Below are positions 22,187 to 34,229 of a DNA stretch of 64,000 nt, piece after piece. The stretch lies in contig OX597842.1 in assembly GCA_951406725.2 (NCBI GenBank), positions 31,806,001 through 31,870,000 of the forward strand, in the 5' to 3' direction. Each line of letters opens with the position of its first letter. Position 1 is the first letter of the stretch. The position numbers and the translations under genes were made by a program. Under the pieces are notes generated by a model, which did not search any database, was not told the DNA's origin, and was given only the letters and a program-made list of their open reading frames with translations. Source of the DNA: Octopus vulgaris. Lineage: Eukaryota.

Positions 22187-25100
22187 ACCGTGGTCGAGAC
22201 AATGGAATTTACCATGCTACACCAGACTTCACGGTCCATCATGGCATTACGGAGGTCCTGTTGCTTGATGCCTGTATCCCTGGAGATTAGATCAGGGTAG
22301 GAGAGTGTGCGCCCTCTGGTATCGCGACCGTGGTCGAGACAATGGAATTTACCATGCTACGCCAGACTTCACGGTCCATCATGGCATTACGAGGTTGTGC
22401 TGGATGCTGTCCGAATTCATCAGGGTTGGAGAGTGTGCGCCCTCTGGTATCGCGACCGTGGTCGAGACAATGGAATTTACCCTGCTACGCCAGACTTCAC
22501 GGTCCATCATGGCATTACGGAGGTCCTGTTGCTGGATGCTTGTATCCCTGGAGATTACATCAGGGTTGGAGAGTGTGCGCCCTCTGGTATCGCGACCGTG
22601 GTCGAGACAATGGAATTTACCCTGCTACGCCAGACTTCACGGTCCATCATAGCATTACGGAGGTCCTGTTGCTGGATGCCTGTATCCCTGGAGATTACAT
22701 CAGGGTAGGAGAGTGTGCACCCTCTGGTATCGCGACCGTGGTCGAGACAATGGAATTTACCATGCTACACCAGACTTCATGGTCCATCATGGCATTACGG
22801 AGGTCCTGTTGCTGGATGCCTGTATCCCTGGAGATTAGATCAGGGTAGGAGAGTGTGCACCCTCTGGTATCGCGACCGTGGTCGAGACAATGGAATTTAC
22901 CATGCTACGCCAGACTTCACGGTCCATCATGGCATTACGGAGGTCCTGTTGCTGGATGCCTGTATCCCTGGAGATTAGATCAGGGTAGGAGAGTGTGCAC
23001 CCTCTGGTATCGCGACCGTGGTCGAGACAATGGAATTTACCATGCTACGCCAGACTTCACGGTCCATCATAGCATTACGGAGGTCCTGTTGCTGGATGCC
23101 TGTATCCCTGGAGATTACATCAGGGTAGGAGAGTGTGCACCCTCTGGTATCGCGACCGTGGTCGAGACAATGGAATTTACCATGCTTACGCCAGACTTCA
23201 CGATCCCTCATATCATTATGGAGGTCCTGTTGCTGGATGCCTGTATCCCTGGATATTTCATCAGGGTAGGAGAGTGTGCGCCCTCTGGTATCGCGACCGT
23301 GGTCGAGACAATGGAATTTACCATGCTACGCCAGACTTCACGGTCCATCATGGCATTACGGAGGTCCTGTTGCTGGATGCCTGTATCCCTGGAGATTAGA
23401 TCAGGGTAGGAGAGTGTGCGCCCTCTGGTATCGCGACCGTGGTCGAGACAATGGAATTTACCATGCTACGCCAGACTTCATGGTCCATCATGGCATTACG
23501 GAGGTCCTGTTGCTGGATGTTTGTATCCCTGGAGATTACATCAGGGTAGGAGAGTGTGCGCCCTCTGGTATCGCGACCGTGGTCGAGACAATGGAATTTA
23601 CCATGCTACACCAGACTTCACGGTCCATCATGGCATTATGGAGGTCCTGTTGCTGGATGCCTATATCCCTGGATATTACATCAGGGTAGGAGAGTGTGCA
23701 CCCTCTGGTACCGCGACCGTGGTCGAGACAATGGAATTTACCATGCTACACCAGACTTCACGGTCCATCATGGCATTACGGAGGTCCTGTTGCTGGATGC
23801 CTGTATCCCTGGAGATTAGATCAGGGTAGGAGAGTGTGCGCCCTCTGGTATCGCGACCGTGGTCGAGACAATGGAATTTACCATGCTACGCCAGACTTCA
23901 CGGTCCATCATGGCATTACGGAGGTCCTGTTGCTGGATGCCTGTATCCCTGGAGATTAGATCAGGGTAGGAGAGTGTGCGCCCTCTGGTATCGCGACCGT
24001 GGTCGAGACAATGGAATTTACCATGCTACGCCAGACTTCACGGTCCATCATAGCATTACGGAGGTCCTGTTGCTGGATGCCTGTATCCCTGGAGATTACA
24101 TCAGGGTAGGAGAGTGTGCGCCCTCTGGTATCGCGACCGTGGTCGAGACAATGGAATTTACCATGCTACGCCAGACTTCACGGTCCATCATAGCATTACG
24201 GAGGTCCTGTTGCTGGATGCCTGTATCCCTGGAGATTACATCAGGGTAGGAGAGTGTGCGCCCTCTGGTATCGCGACCGTGGTCGAGACAATGGAATTTA
24301 CCATGCTACGCCAGACTTCACGGTCCATCATGGCATTACGGAGGTCCTGTTGCTGGATGCCTGTATCCCTGGAGATTAGATCAGGGTAGGAGAGTGTGCG
24401 CCCTCTGGTATCGCGACCGTGGTCGAGACAATGGAATTTACCATGCTACGCCAGACTTCACGGTCCATCATAGCATTACGGAGGTCCTGTTGCTGGATGC
24501 CTGTATCCCTGGAGATTACATCAGGGTAGGAGAGTGTGCGCCCTCTGGTATCGCGACCGTGGTCGAGACAATGGAATTTACCATGCTACGCCAGACTTCA
24601 CGGTCCATCATGGCATTACGGAGGTCCTGTTGCTGGATGCCTTTGTATCCCTGGAGATTACATCAGGGTAGGAGAGTGTGCGCCCTCTGGTATCGCGACC
24701 GTGGTCGAGACAATGGAATTTACCATGCTACGCCAGACTTCACGGTCCATCATGGCATTACGGAGGTCCTGTTGCTGGATGCCTGTATCCCTGGAGATTA
24801 GATCAGGGTAGGAGAGTGTGCGCCCTCTGGTATCGCGACCGTGGTCGAGACAATGGAATTTACCATGCTACGCCAGACTTCACGGTCCATCATGGCATTA
24901 CGGAGGTCCTGTTGCTGGATGCCTGTATCCCTGGAGATTACATCAGGGTAGGAGAGTGTGCGCCCTCTGGTATCGCGACCGTGGTCGAGACAATGGAATT
25001 TACCATGCTACACCAGACTTCACGGTCCATCATGGCATTATGGAGGTCCTGTTGCTGGATGCCTATATCCCTGGATATTACATCAGGGTAGGAGAGTGTG

Positions 25101-25250
25101 CGCCCTCTGGTATCGCGACCGTGGTCGAGACAATGGAATTTACCATGCTACACCAGACTTCATGGTCCATCATAGCATTACGGAGGTCCTGTTGCTGGAT
25201 GCCTGTATCCCTGGAGATTACATCAGGGTAGAAGAGTGTGCGCCCTCTGG
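22187..25250 (-). repeat. Tandem array of 22 copies of a 140-bp unit equal to the 3' end of an RTE LINE
   Basis: gaccgtggtcgagacaatgg recurs from 22187 to 25117 at mostly 140-bp spacing (one 127-bp unit, and 141/142-bp variants). Confidence 0.95.
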
Positions 25251-25605
25251 TATTGCAAGTAGATGGCTTCCAGAGGAGAAGAGTAGAAATTACCTTGTTT
25301 TCAGCTCTACAACATTGTCCAGCAAACTGGACTCTCCTACCTTTCACAAGAGATGACACAGGTGGTAGTTTCCCATATATTTGCATTTTGGTTGGATGGC
25401 GCTTCCACGAGAGATTTTGAGCTCTCATAAGGAGGCGAGTGTAGGTTCCATCCAACTGCCTCTCAAGCTTCTTTGATAACGTCCAGGTTTCTGAGCCATA
25501 GAGTAGAATTGGTTCAACTGTGGCTTTGAAAATTTCAAGTTTGAAGTCTCTACTTAGATTTGATGACCAGATCTTATGCATCGCATTACAGGCTGACCAG
25601 GCCAT
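25078..25605 (-). mobile_element. RTE-clade LINE, 5'-truncated (RT C-terminal region)
   Basis: Translation has IFKATVEPILLYGSETWTL, RRVQFAGQCCRA and RGRTLFYPDVISRD. The (GAT)n tail lies beyond the array at ~22168-22182. Confidence 0.9.
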
Positions 25606-25829
25606 ACCCTTTCTAGTTAGAAAATCTTTTCCATGCCTGGCTCATAAGGGCCGGTTTCCTGGTTTCTTGGCGTATAGGTTCCCCACCTGGATGGGACGCC
25701 GGTCCGTCACAGGTGAGCTGCAAGATGCAGGAGGAAAGAGTGAGAGAAAAGTTGTGGCGAAAGAGTCAGCAGAAGTTCGCCATTACCTTCTGTCAGAACC
25801 TCATGGAGCTTAGGTGTTTTCGCTCATAA

Positions 25830-26400
25830 ACACACACATTACCCAGTCTGAGATTCGAACCTGCGATCCCTCGACCATGAGTCCGCCGCTCTAACCACTA
25901 GGCCATGTGCCTCCACAAGATGCAGGAGGAAAGAGTGAGAGAAAGCTGTGACTGTGGAGGTGCGTGGCTCAGTGGTTAGAGTGTCAGCATCATGATCGTA
26001 AGATTGTGGTTTCGATTCCTGGACCGGGCGACGTGTTGTGTTCTTGAGCAAGACACTTCATTTCACATTGCTCCAGTCCACTCAGCTGGCAAAAATGAGT
26101 AACGCTGCGATGGACTGGAATCCAGTCCAGCTTGGGAACACATACGTCACGGAAACCGGGAAACCGGGCCCATGAGCCTGGCTAGGCTTTAAAAGGGCGC
26201 ATTTATTATTAGTGGAGGCACATGGCCTAGTGGTTAGAGCAGTGAGCTCACGGTCGAGGAATTGCGGGTTCGAATCTCAGACTGGGCGATGTGTGTGCTT
26301 TGCTCAAGAACACAACGCGTCGCCCGGTCTAGGAATCGAAACCACAATCTTACGATCATGATGCTGACACTCTATAACCACTACGCCACGCGCCTCCACA
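25830..26400. mobile_element. Cluster of tRNA-derived SINE heads in inverted arrangement
   Basis: gtggaggcacatggcctagtggttagagc...ggttcgaatc is on minus at ~25830-25915 and plus at ~26211-26290. A second head type is on plus at ~25955-26050 and minus at ~26310-26400. Confidence 0.75.
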
Positions 26401-26559
26401 TTCACTTTGGTGAGTGGAGAAAAAGCAACTTCTGGAGTTTATCAAGAACATATATACCTTAATATAAATATATCCTTTTAGGATTTAAAATGGCCAGGTC
26501 TGGCCCCTTGTACCAACCCTTCAATGTCATTCGAAGCTATGAGATAATCCATGATTGAT

Positions 26560-26782
26560 TACTCTTTTACTTGTTTCAGTCACTTGACCGCGGCCATGCT
26601 GGAGCACCGCGTTTAGTCGAGCAAATCGCGCCCCCAGGACTTATTCTTTGTAAGCCTAGTACTTTATTCTATCGGTTTCTTTTGCTGAACCGCTAAGTTA
26701 CAGGGACGTAAACACACCAGCATCGGTTGTCAAGCGATGTTGGTGGGGACAAACACAGACACACACAAACACACACACACAC

Positions 26783-26815
<33 letters not shown>
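26560..26815 (-). mobile_element. SINE family A, 3' half
   Basis: Matches the family. Confidence 0.85.
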
Positions 26816-26822
<7 letters not shown>

Positions 26823-27022
26823 CCAAAATAAGCAACAAGAATATCTTCGGTAATTTGGTACGATCGTTTCACGCTACATCATTTTATTAATGGGAAACCT
26901 CTATAAATGGCTGATGATTGCTCAACATTTTAAAACTTGTAATACTTACAATGTTTAATAAAATGATGTAGCGTGAAACGATCGTACCAAATTACTGAAG
27001 ATATTCTTGTTGCTTATTTTGA
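26823..27022. mobile_element. MITE-like element with ~65-bp terminal inverted repeats
   Basis: aaaataagcaacaagaatatcttc...tcattttatta at 26825-26888 is inverted at ~26955-27020. Confidence 0.7.
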
Positions 27023-27332
27023 TTATAGTCACTTCATGGATTTATATAGATAACACCATACAAAATTCTGGTGCATCTAACTTTAGTACCATCCATGCTA
27101 GCATGGGTTGGATGGTACGACCGGGGATCTGGGAAGCCAGAAGGCTGCACCAGGCTCCGGTCTTATCTGGCAAAGTTTCTACAACTGGATGCCCTTCCTA
27201 ACGCCAACAACTCCGTAAGTGTAGTGGGTGCTTTTTACGTGCCACCTGCACTGGTGCCAGACGAGGCTGGCATCGGCCACGGTCGGATTGGTGCATTTTA
27301 TGGAAGCCAGTCAAGGCGGCACTGGCTTCGGC

Positions 27333-27410
<78 letters not shown>

Positions 27411-27569
27411 TATACGACAGGCTTCTTTCAGTTTCCGTCTACCAAATCCACTCACAAGGCTTCGGTCAGCCCAAGGCTATACTAGAAGGTGCCACGCAGT
27501 GGGACTGAACCCAGGACCATGGGGTTGGTAAACAATCTACTTACCACACAGCCACTCCTGCACCTAGGC

Positions 27570-28030
27570 AAAATTTTATTCAGAATTTGAAACTGGTTGT
27601 CTACAAATGTAGTCAATTTGGAGAAAAAAAGTCTTGCCATCGTGAAATGTGTGGAAAATATTTGACTAAGAATTAGAAACTAGATATTTATAGACATAGT
27701 TATGCTAGAGAAGAGTCCTTATCTGTGTGAAGTATTTGGGAAATCTTTCATTATAAACTTAAAGCTGGTTATCTATAAACGTGTTTGGAGAAGAAAAAAA
27801 ACCCTTATCACTGTGCAGTATCTAGTACAGTCTTTCAGTAAGATTCAAAACTGGGGATCTACAAATATTGGCATTGGAGAAATTCCTTGAATTTGTGAAA
27901 TTTGCGAGGAATATTTCTTCAAGAATTTTAAACTTGTTATCTACAAACCTTATAAAATTTTTAAAAAACTTTAAATTTGTGAAATGTATGGGAAATATCT
28001 CATTATGAATTTTAAACTAGTTATCAACAA
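27570..28030 (+). pseudogene. Decayed C2H2 zinc-finger-like tandem repeats (~84-bp period)
   Basis: Fragments such as GEKKSCHREMCGKYL and EKSPYLCEVFGKSFIINLKLVIYKR, with stops and frameshifts. Confidence 0.7.
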
Positions 28031-28114
28031 ATCTTCTACTATAGCCTCGGGCCGACCGAAGCCTTGTGAGTGGATTTGGCAGACGGAAACTGAAAGAAGC
28101 TTGTCATATATATG

Positions 28115-28187
<73 letters not shown>

Positions 28188-28487
28188 TGAAAGGTGCAGG
28201 AGTGGCTGTGTGGTAAGTAGATTGCTTCCCAACCACATGGTTACAGGTTCGGTCCCACTGTGTGGCACCTTGGGTAAGTGTTTTCTACTATAGCATCAGG
28301 CCAACCAAAGCCTTGTGAGTGGATTTGGTAGATGGAAACTGAACGAAGCCCATAGTATATATCATCATAATCATCGTTTAATGTCCGTTTTCCATGCTAG
28401 CATGGGTTGGACGGTTCGACCGGGGTCTGGGAAGCCAGGAGGCTGCGCCAAGCTCCAGTCTGATTCTACAGCTGGATGCCCTTCCTA

Positions 28488-28791
28488 ACATCATCATTGT
28501 TTGACCGTGGTCGAGACAATGGAATTTACCATGCTACGCCAGACTTCACAGTCCGTCATAGCATTACGGAGGTCCTGTTGCTGGATGCCTGTATCCCTGG
28601 AGATTACATCAGGGTAGGAGAGTGTGCGCCCTCTGGTATTGCGAGTAGATGGCTTCCAGAGGAGTACAGTAGAAATTACCTCGTTTTCAGCTCTACAATA
28701 ATGTCCAGCAAACTGGACTCTTCTACCTTTCACAAGAGATGACACAGGTGGTAGTTTCCCATGTATTTGCATTTTGGTTGGATGACGCTTC
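28488..28791 (-). mobile_element. Short RTE LINE 3' fragment (same family as 25078-25605) inserted in a SINE
   Basis: Has a single, non-amplified copy of the 140-bp end plus (GAT)n tail. The SINE sequence resumes at ccgtgagtgtagtgggtgc. Confidence 0.85.
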
Positions 28792-29669
28792 CGTGAGTGT
28801 AGTGGGTGCTTTTTACGTGCCACTGGCACAGGTGTCACAACAACAATTTCCATTTGATTTTTATTTTGATGTTGAAGTACTTGACTCAAAGGGTCTCCTC
28901 AAGCACAGCAGGCTGTCCTGTGATCCAAGGCACTTTGGATGGACTGGGGCCTCTACGTGGAGCTGGAGCAAGAAACAGCCACGAACTCATGTTATTTGTC
29001 GGGTCTTCGCAGTCAGAGCATATCTCCAGAGGTCGTGTGTGTGTATGTGTTTGTCTCCCCCACATCGCTTGACAATCAATGCTGGTGTGTTTATGTCCCT
29101 CTAACTTAGCAGTTTGGCAAAAGAAACCTATAGAATAAGTACTAGGCTTACAAAGAATAAATCCTGGGGTTGATTTGCTCGACTAAAGGTGGTGCTCCAG
29201 TATGGCCACAGTCAAACAACTGAAACAAGTAAAGAAAGCAAAGGAAAGAATATATTTCAGAGCAGGAATGGATTTTTAAGACAAGTTTCAAATTCTTGAA
29301 GAAACATTTTCCAAATATTTCAAAATGCAAGGCTTTTTCTTCAAACTATATAATAATAACGTAAGGTGTACTAGCCATCTGAATGTGGCTAGCCACTGGG
29401 GGTGGGGTGTTACTGATGCTTTTAGCCCCAGGCGATCAACGTCACCAGATGGACTTTAGACACTATCTCAGTGCCCTTGTGTTATTTGCAAAGGGAGGTC
29501 ATCCTCCCTCGAAGACCTAAGTACTACATACGGACTATAGTTTCAAGGTAATTGCCTCTCGTCAACGCATGGTAAGCACCGGTCTTCGATGAAGGAGTCC
29601 CCTTGCAAATAATATATAATGTTTTTCACAGCAACCACTGTCACTGATTTAGAAAAACTGTCTGAAAGC

Positions 29670-30310
29670 AATAATAATAATGAAATTATTGTATACAGTG
29701 CTCAGGTGCCCCACAACTTGTCAAAAACTGCGTATAAAGCATCTGCCTGGGGAGTGAACAGTGTATGAGTCAAATAGATGCTTGCTTGTGTGTATGGAGG
29801 GGAGAAAGCTCAGGTGTGGTGTTGGCGAATCTCAGGAAGCATGGAAGTTTTCAAGGATGCAGTGATCCGACAACCAACAACTGATGCCGGCAGTTTGTTC
29901 CATGCTTCAGCAAGTCTCAGCGTGGAAAAATGTTTCCGAAAGCCACGGAAGGAGCGGTGCTGTTTTCTGACTTTGTAAACATGTCCATGGGTGTGAGACG
30001 GGTGGAGTCTGAAAAGGTGGTCAGAGTTATTGTTTGTAAGAGGGTTAATAATTGTCTGGGTGTCTGCCAAGTCAGCTGCCAGACGTCGGAGTTTGAATGT
30101 GTCGATGGCCAGGGAAGAAGTAAGGCGTTAGAGAATATGGCAAATGCCTGATGGAGGCTATTCTCTTGGTTGCAGGGCTTGCTTGCAGACGATTAATATG
30201 GTGGGCAAGATAGGGGTTGCAGACGGGTGATGCAAATTGCAGGTGAGGCCGCAGGTAGATAGCCGGAGAGCGGCTGACAAAGGACTTGGCGAGTGATGCG
30301 AAGACACCGT
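29670..30310 (-). mobile_element. CR1 LINE 3' fragment
   Basis: Reverse-complement homologue of ~13050-13690. Confidence 0.9.
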
Positions 30311-30329
30311 CGGCCTATTTGTAGACAGC

Positions 30330-31680
30330 TAGTTCCAAAGTCTTTGCTCCAATTTTACTAGGTTTGTAGATAACCAGCATCACATTTCCAATAAACCGTT
30401 TTCCAAATATTTCAATACGGAAGGGTTTTGCTTCAATCTTACTTTACATGTAGATAACCGATATCAAAGTCTTAAGAAAATATTTTCCACACATTTCACA
30501 AATTTAAGGCATTTCTTCAATGTCAATATTTATAGATAACCAATTGAAGATTCTTTCTAAAAGATTCTTCCAAATATTTCCCACTGAAAATTATTTTTAT
30601 CAAGTGTAACAATATTTATAAATATCTATTTCTAATTCTCAATCAAATATTTTCCCTACATTTTAAAAGAAGACATTTTTTCTCCAAATTGACTACGTTT
30701 TTATACACAACCTGTTTCGGATTCTAAATGAAATTTCTCATATATTTCACAACAGAAAGGGTTTGTTTTAATTATGTATGTTCATATATGACTAGTTTCC
30801 AATTCTTAATGAAACATTTTCCAAAATCTTGAAGTATTTCTCAAATTTAAGGCATTTCTCAATATTTGTAAATAACCAATTTCAAATTCTTTCTAAAAGA
30901 TTCTTCCAAATATTTCCCACTGAAAATTATTTTTATCTAGTGTAACAATATTTATAAATATCTATTTCTAATTCTCAATCAAATATTTTCCACACATTTT
31001 ACAAGAAGACATTTTTTCTCCAAATTGACTACGTTTTTATACACAGACTTTTTTGAATTCTAAATGAAATTTCCCCATATATTTCACAACAGAAGGGGTT
31101 TGTTTTAATTATGTATGTTTATACATGACTAGTTTCCAATTCTTAATGAAACATTTTCCAAAATCTTCACTGTGATACGAGTTTTACTTGAATCTCTGTT
31201 TGTAGGTAACAGTTTCAAAGTCTTGACTCTTTCGTTACCAACCTGGCTGAAACAGGCTCTGGCTCTTTAGTCTTGTTTTCATAAGTTTTGAATTCAAATC
31301 TTCCACTAAATCTTAGTCACAATCTATGGTCCTAACTCTAACTTAATGATAACGATGTTATTTTACTAAATTCTTTGTTATATTTGAAATAATAGGAAGA
31401 AACACAGAGCATCTCGAAATAAATACAGTAACGAAGGTCTTAATGAAGTGTTTCATAATGGTGAGCTTCTACAATCTTAGTATGTTTATAAAAAAAACCA
31501 GTTTGTAGTAATTCTTAATGAAATATTTTCAAACTATTTCGTAGTTGATAAGGAATTTTCTCCAACGGTCTTTTTAGATAAGACTTTTCAAAGATTTAAT
31601 GAAACAGTTGATAAATATTTTGTAGTTTTAAGGATTTTCGCCAATGTCACTACGCTTGTAGATAAACACTTTCAAATTTT
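30330..31680 (-). pseudogene. Decayed C2H2 zinc-finger-like repeats with an internal ~350-bp duplication
   Basis: Minus strand reads KPFCCEIYEKF and EAKPFRIEIFGKRFIGNVMLVIYK. 30490-30850 resembles 30850-31170. Confidence 0.65.
31226..31440. mobile_element. Degenerate MITE
   Basis: Short inverted ends tttcgttac ... gtaacgaa. A distinct sequence interrupting the ZNF-like repeats. Confidence 0.45.
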
Positions 31681-31852
31681 TAACGTGATAAGAAGCTTGC
31701 TTCCCAACCACATGGTTCCAGGTCTAGTTCCACTACATGGCACTCCAGACAAGAGTTTTCTAATATCACCTCTAGCAAAGCAAAGCCTCGTGAGAGAATT
31801 TGGTAAGCAGAAACTGAGAGAAGCCCGTCAAACATATGTGTGTATGTATGGA

Positions 31853-32390
31853 GAGTTAGCTAAAGGAGAACGACCTCCACATAAACCAAAAAGGAGGTAT
31901 AAGGACTTGCTGAAGGCTTCCTTAAGAGATGCTTGCATCTCTCCAAACACATGGGAAGGCATAGCTATTGATCGTAGCAGGTGGAGAAGGATTGTGCATG
32001 AGGGGACAGCCACTTTTGAGAAATCTCGAATTGCACATGAGAAAGTAAGGAGGGATGTCAGGAAGGGCATCGCTGTTACACTTCCAGAAGGGAAGGGTCT
32101 TCCTTTGATTCTGACATGCAATGTCTGTGCAAGACCCTGCCTCAGTAAAGCTGGACTCATGAGTCGTCTTCGTAGTCAAAAAACGAGACAGATGAGTGAC
32201 CACCTGGCCACTGGTGGTGGTGTAACACACCATACTAATCATATCTGTCGGGCATGTGGAAGAGAGGTAATTCGGCAGGAGGACTTAAATGACATGCAAA
32301 GGTACATGAAGCCCAGTTACAACTACAGCCGGCCATTACCGGTAAAGGTTTTAGTTGCCAATTTTGTACAAGACATTGTAGATCTTTAGC
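31853..32390 (+). mobile_element. RTE/BovB-like LINE C-terminal fragment with zinc-knuckle remnants
   Basis: Translation has YGELAKGERPPHKPKRRYKDLLKASL, WEGIAIDRSRWR and CNVCARPCLSKAGL. Confidence 0.85.
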
Positions 32391-32763
32391 TGGGCTAAAA
32401 AGTCACATTCGATCACAGCATCAATAACAGTTAAGCTTTGTGCAATGGCCATACTCGATAACGAGGGGGCAGCCATAATAATAATGAATGTATATACAGT
32501 TTTATCAACACCATCTCAGTTACAACTGTGATGTTGTTGATAAAACATGTTCTTTGTCTATCTCTTTATCCTCTCGGAGATTTTGGATAAAAAGAAAATT
32601 ATACAAATGAATTCTTCAAATTTAACTAAATTCTATATTTTTATGCAGCTGAAGATTGCTCTACATTTTAAAAATTGATGTAATGTTTGCAATGTTCAAT
32701 TAAATGGAGTCGCATGAAACGATCGTACTGCATTGCCCCTGGATATCCTTGTTGCTTACTTTG

Positions 32764-32808
<45 letters not shown>

Positions 32809-32840
32809 ACAAAGTGTACGTACGCCGCTATATATATATA

Positions 32841-33230
32841 TAAAATAAGATACAAAATGGGACAAGAACGCAAAACATCTGGACAACAAGGTGATACAAA
32901 AAGGGACAACAAAACAGCCAGATAGATGATACAAAGAAAACAAGGACGGGTCATTCGAAGCCTTTTATCTTCAGTCAAGAACCGGATCATCCTCACAATT
33001 TCGGCTGATTAATCTTGAGATTGCAGGGGGTTGGCCAGATTGGAGCAATCTCAAGATTAATCAGCCGAAATTGCGAGGATGATCCGGTTCTTGACTGAGA
33101 ATAAAAGTCTTCGAATGACCAGTCCTTGTTTTTTTGTATCATCTCTCTGGATGTTTTGTTGTTCCATTTTGTATCACCTTGTTGTCCAGATGTTTTGCGT
33201 TCTTGTCCCATTTTGTATTTTATTTTATAT
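32841..33230. mobile_element. Foldback element, ~185-bp arms and 20-nt loop, flanked by (TA)n
   Basis: 32841-33024 is the reverse complement of 33045-33230. Confidence 0.85.
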
Positions 33231-33235
33231 ATATT

Positions 33236-33640
33236 ACTCTTTTACTTGTTTCAGTCATTTGAGTGCAGCCATGCTGGAGCACCGCCTTTAGTCGAGCAAA
33301 TCGAACCCGGGACTTATTCTTTGTAAGCCCAGTACTTATTCTATCGGTCTGTTTTTGCCGAACCGCTAAGTGACGGGGACGTAAACACACCAGCATCGGT
33401 TGTCAAGCAATGCTAGGGGGACAAACACAGACACACAAACATATACACACACACTTATATATATATATATATACATATATACGACAGGCTTCTTTCAGTT
33501 TCCGTCTACCAAATCCACTCACAAGGCATTGGTCGGCCCGGGGCTATAGCAGAAGACACTTGCCCAAGATGCCACGCAGTGGGTCTGAACCCAGAACCAT
33601 GTGGTTGGTTAGCAAGCTACTTACCACACAGCCACTCCTG

Positions 33641-33642
<2 letters not shown>
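33236..33642 (-). mobile_element. SINE family A
   Basis: Matches the family. Confidence 0.9.
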
Positions 33643-33680
<38 letters not shown>

Positions 33681-33837
33681 CATCACTATTTAATCTATAA
33701 CTTCCAATGTAGTTATTTTAATTAAATTATTTCTTGATTTATAAAAAATGTATTAATTTTCTAAATCCCTTTACAGAAATTAAAATTATCAATACACACG
33801 GTAAATAATTTTTCAAAATTAAATACATTAACAAATC

Positions 33838-34030
33838 ATAATGATATCACATAACAAATACATAACAAATATGGTATCACATAATGATATCACATAACAA
33901 ATCATGATATCACATAACAAATTATAATGATATCACATAATAAATATGATAATAAATATATCACATAAATATCACATAACAAATATGGTATCACATAATG
34001 ATATCACATAACAAATCATAACAATATCAC
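33838..34030. repeat. AT-rich minisatellite (atgatatcacataacaaat)
   Basis: Recurrent tatcacataa motif. Confidence 0.85.
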
Positions 34031-34229
34031 GGCTATTTAACTTCACCACTTAACTTCCGTTTTTCCATGCTGGCATGGGTTGGACAGTTGGAAAAGAGTT
34101 GGTCAGCAGAAGAACTGCCCAGGCCCCATTTGTCTGTTTTAGTGTGGTTTCTATGGCTGGATGCCCTTCCTGATGTCAAGTACTTTTACGGGGTGTGCTG
34201 GGTGCTTTCCATGTGGCGGCAGCACCAGT

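Noticed and set aside
22064-25420. Many overlapping plus-strand ORFs in the 140-bp array
   Set aside because: They are antisense or frameshifted readings of a LINE end. 140 is not a multiple of 3, so they cycle through frames.
25830-26400. Possible tRNA genes
   Set aside because: A/B boxes are present but I could not form a complete cloverleaf with an acceptor stem. They run into SINE bodies.
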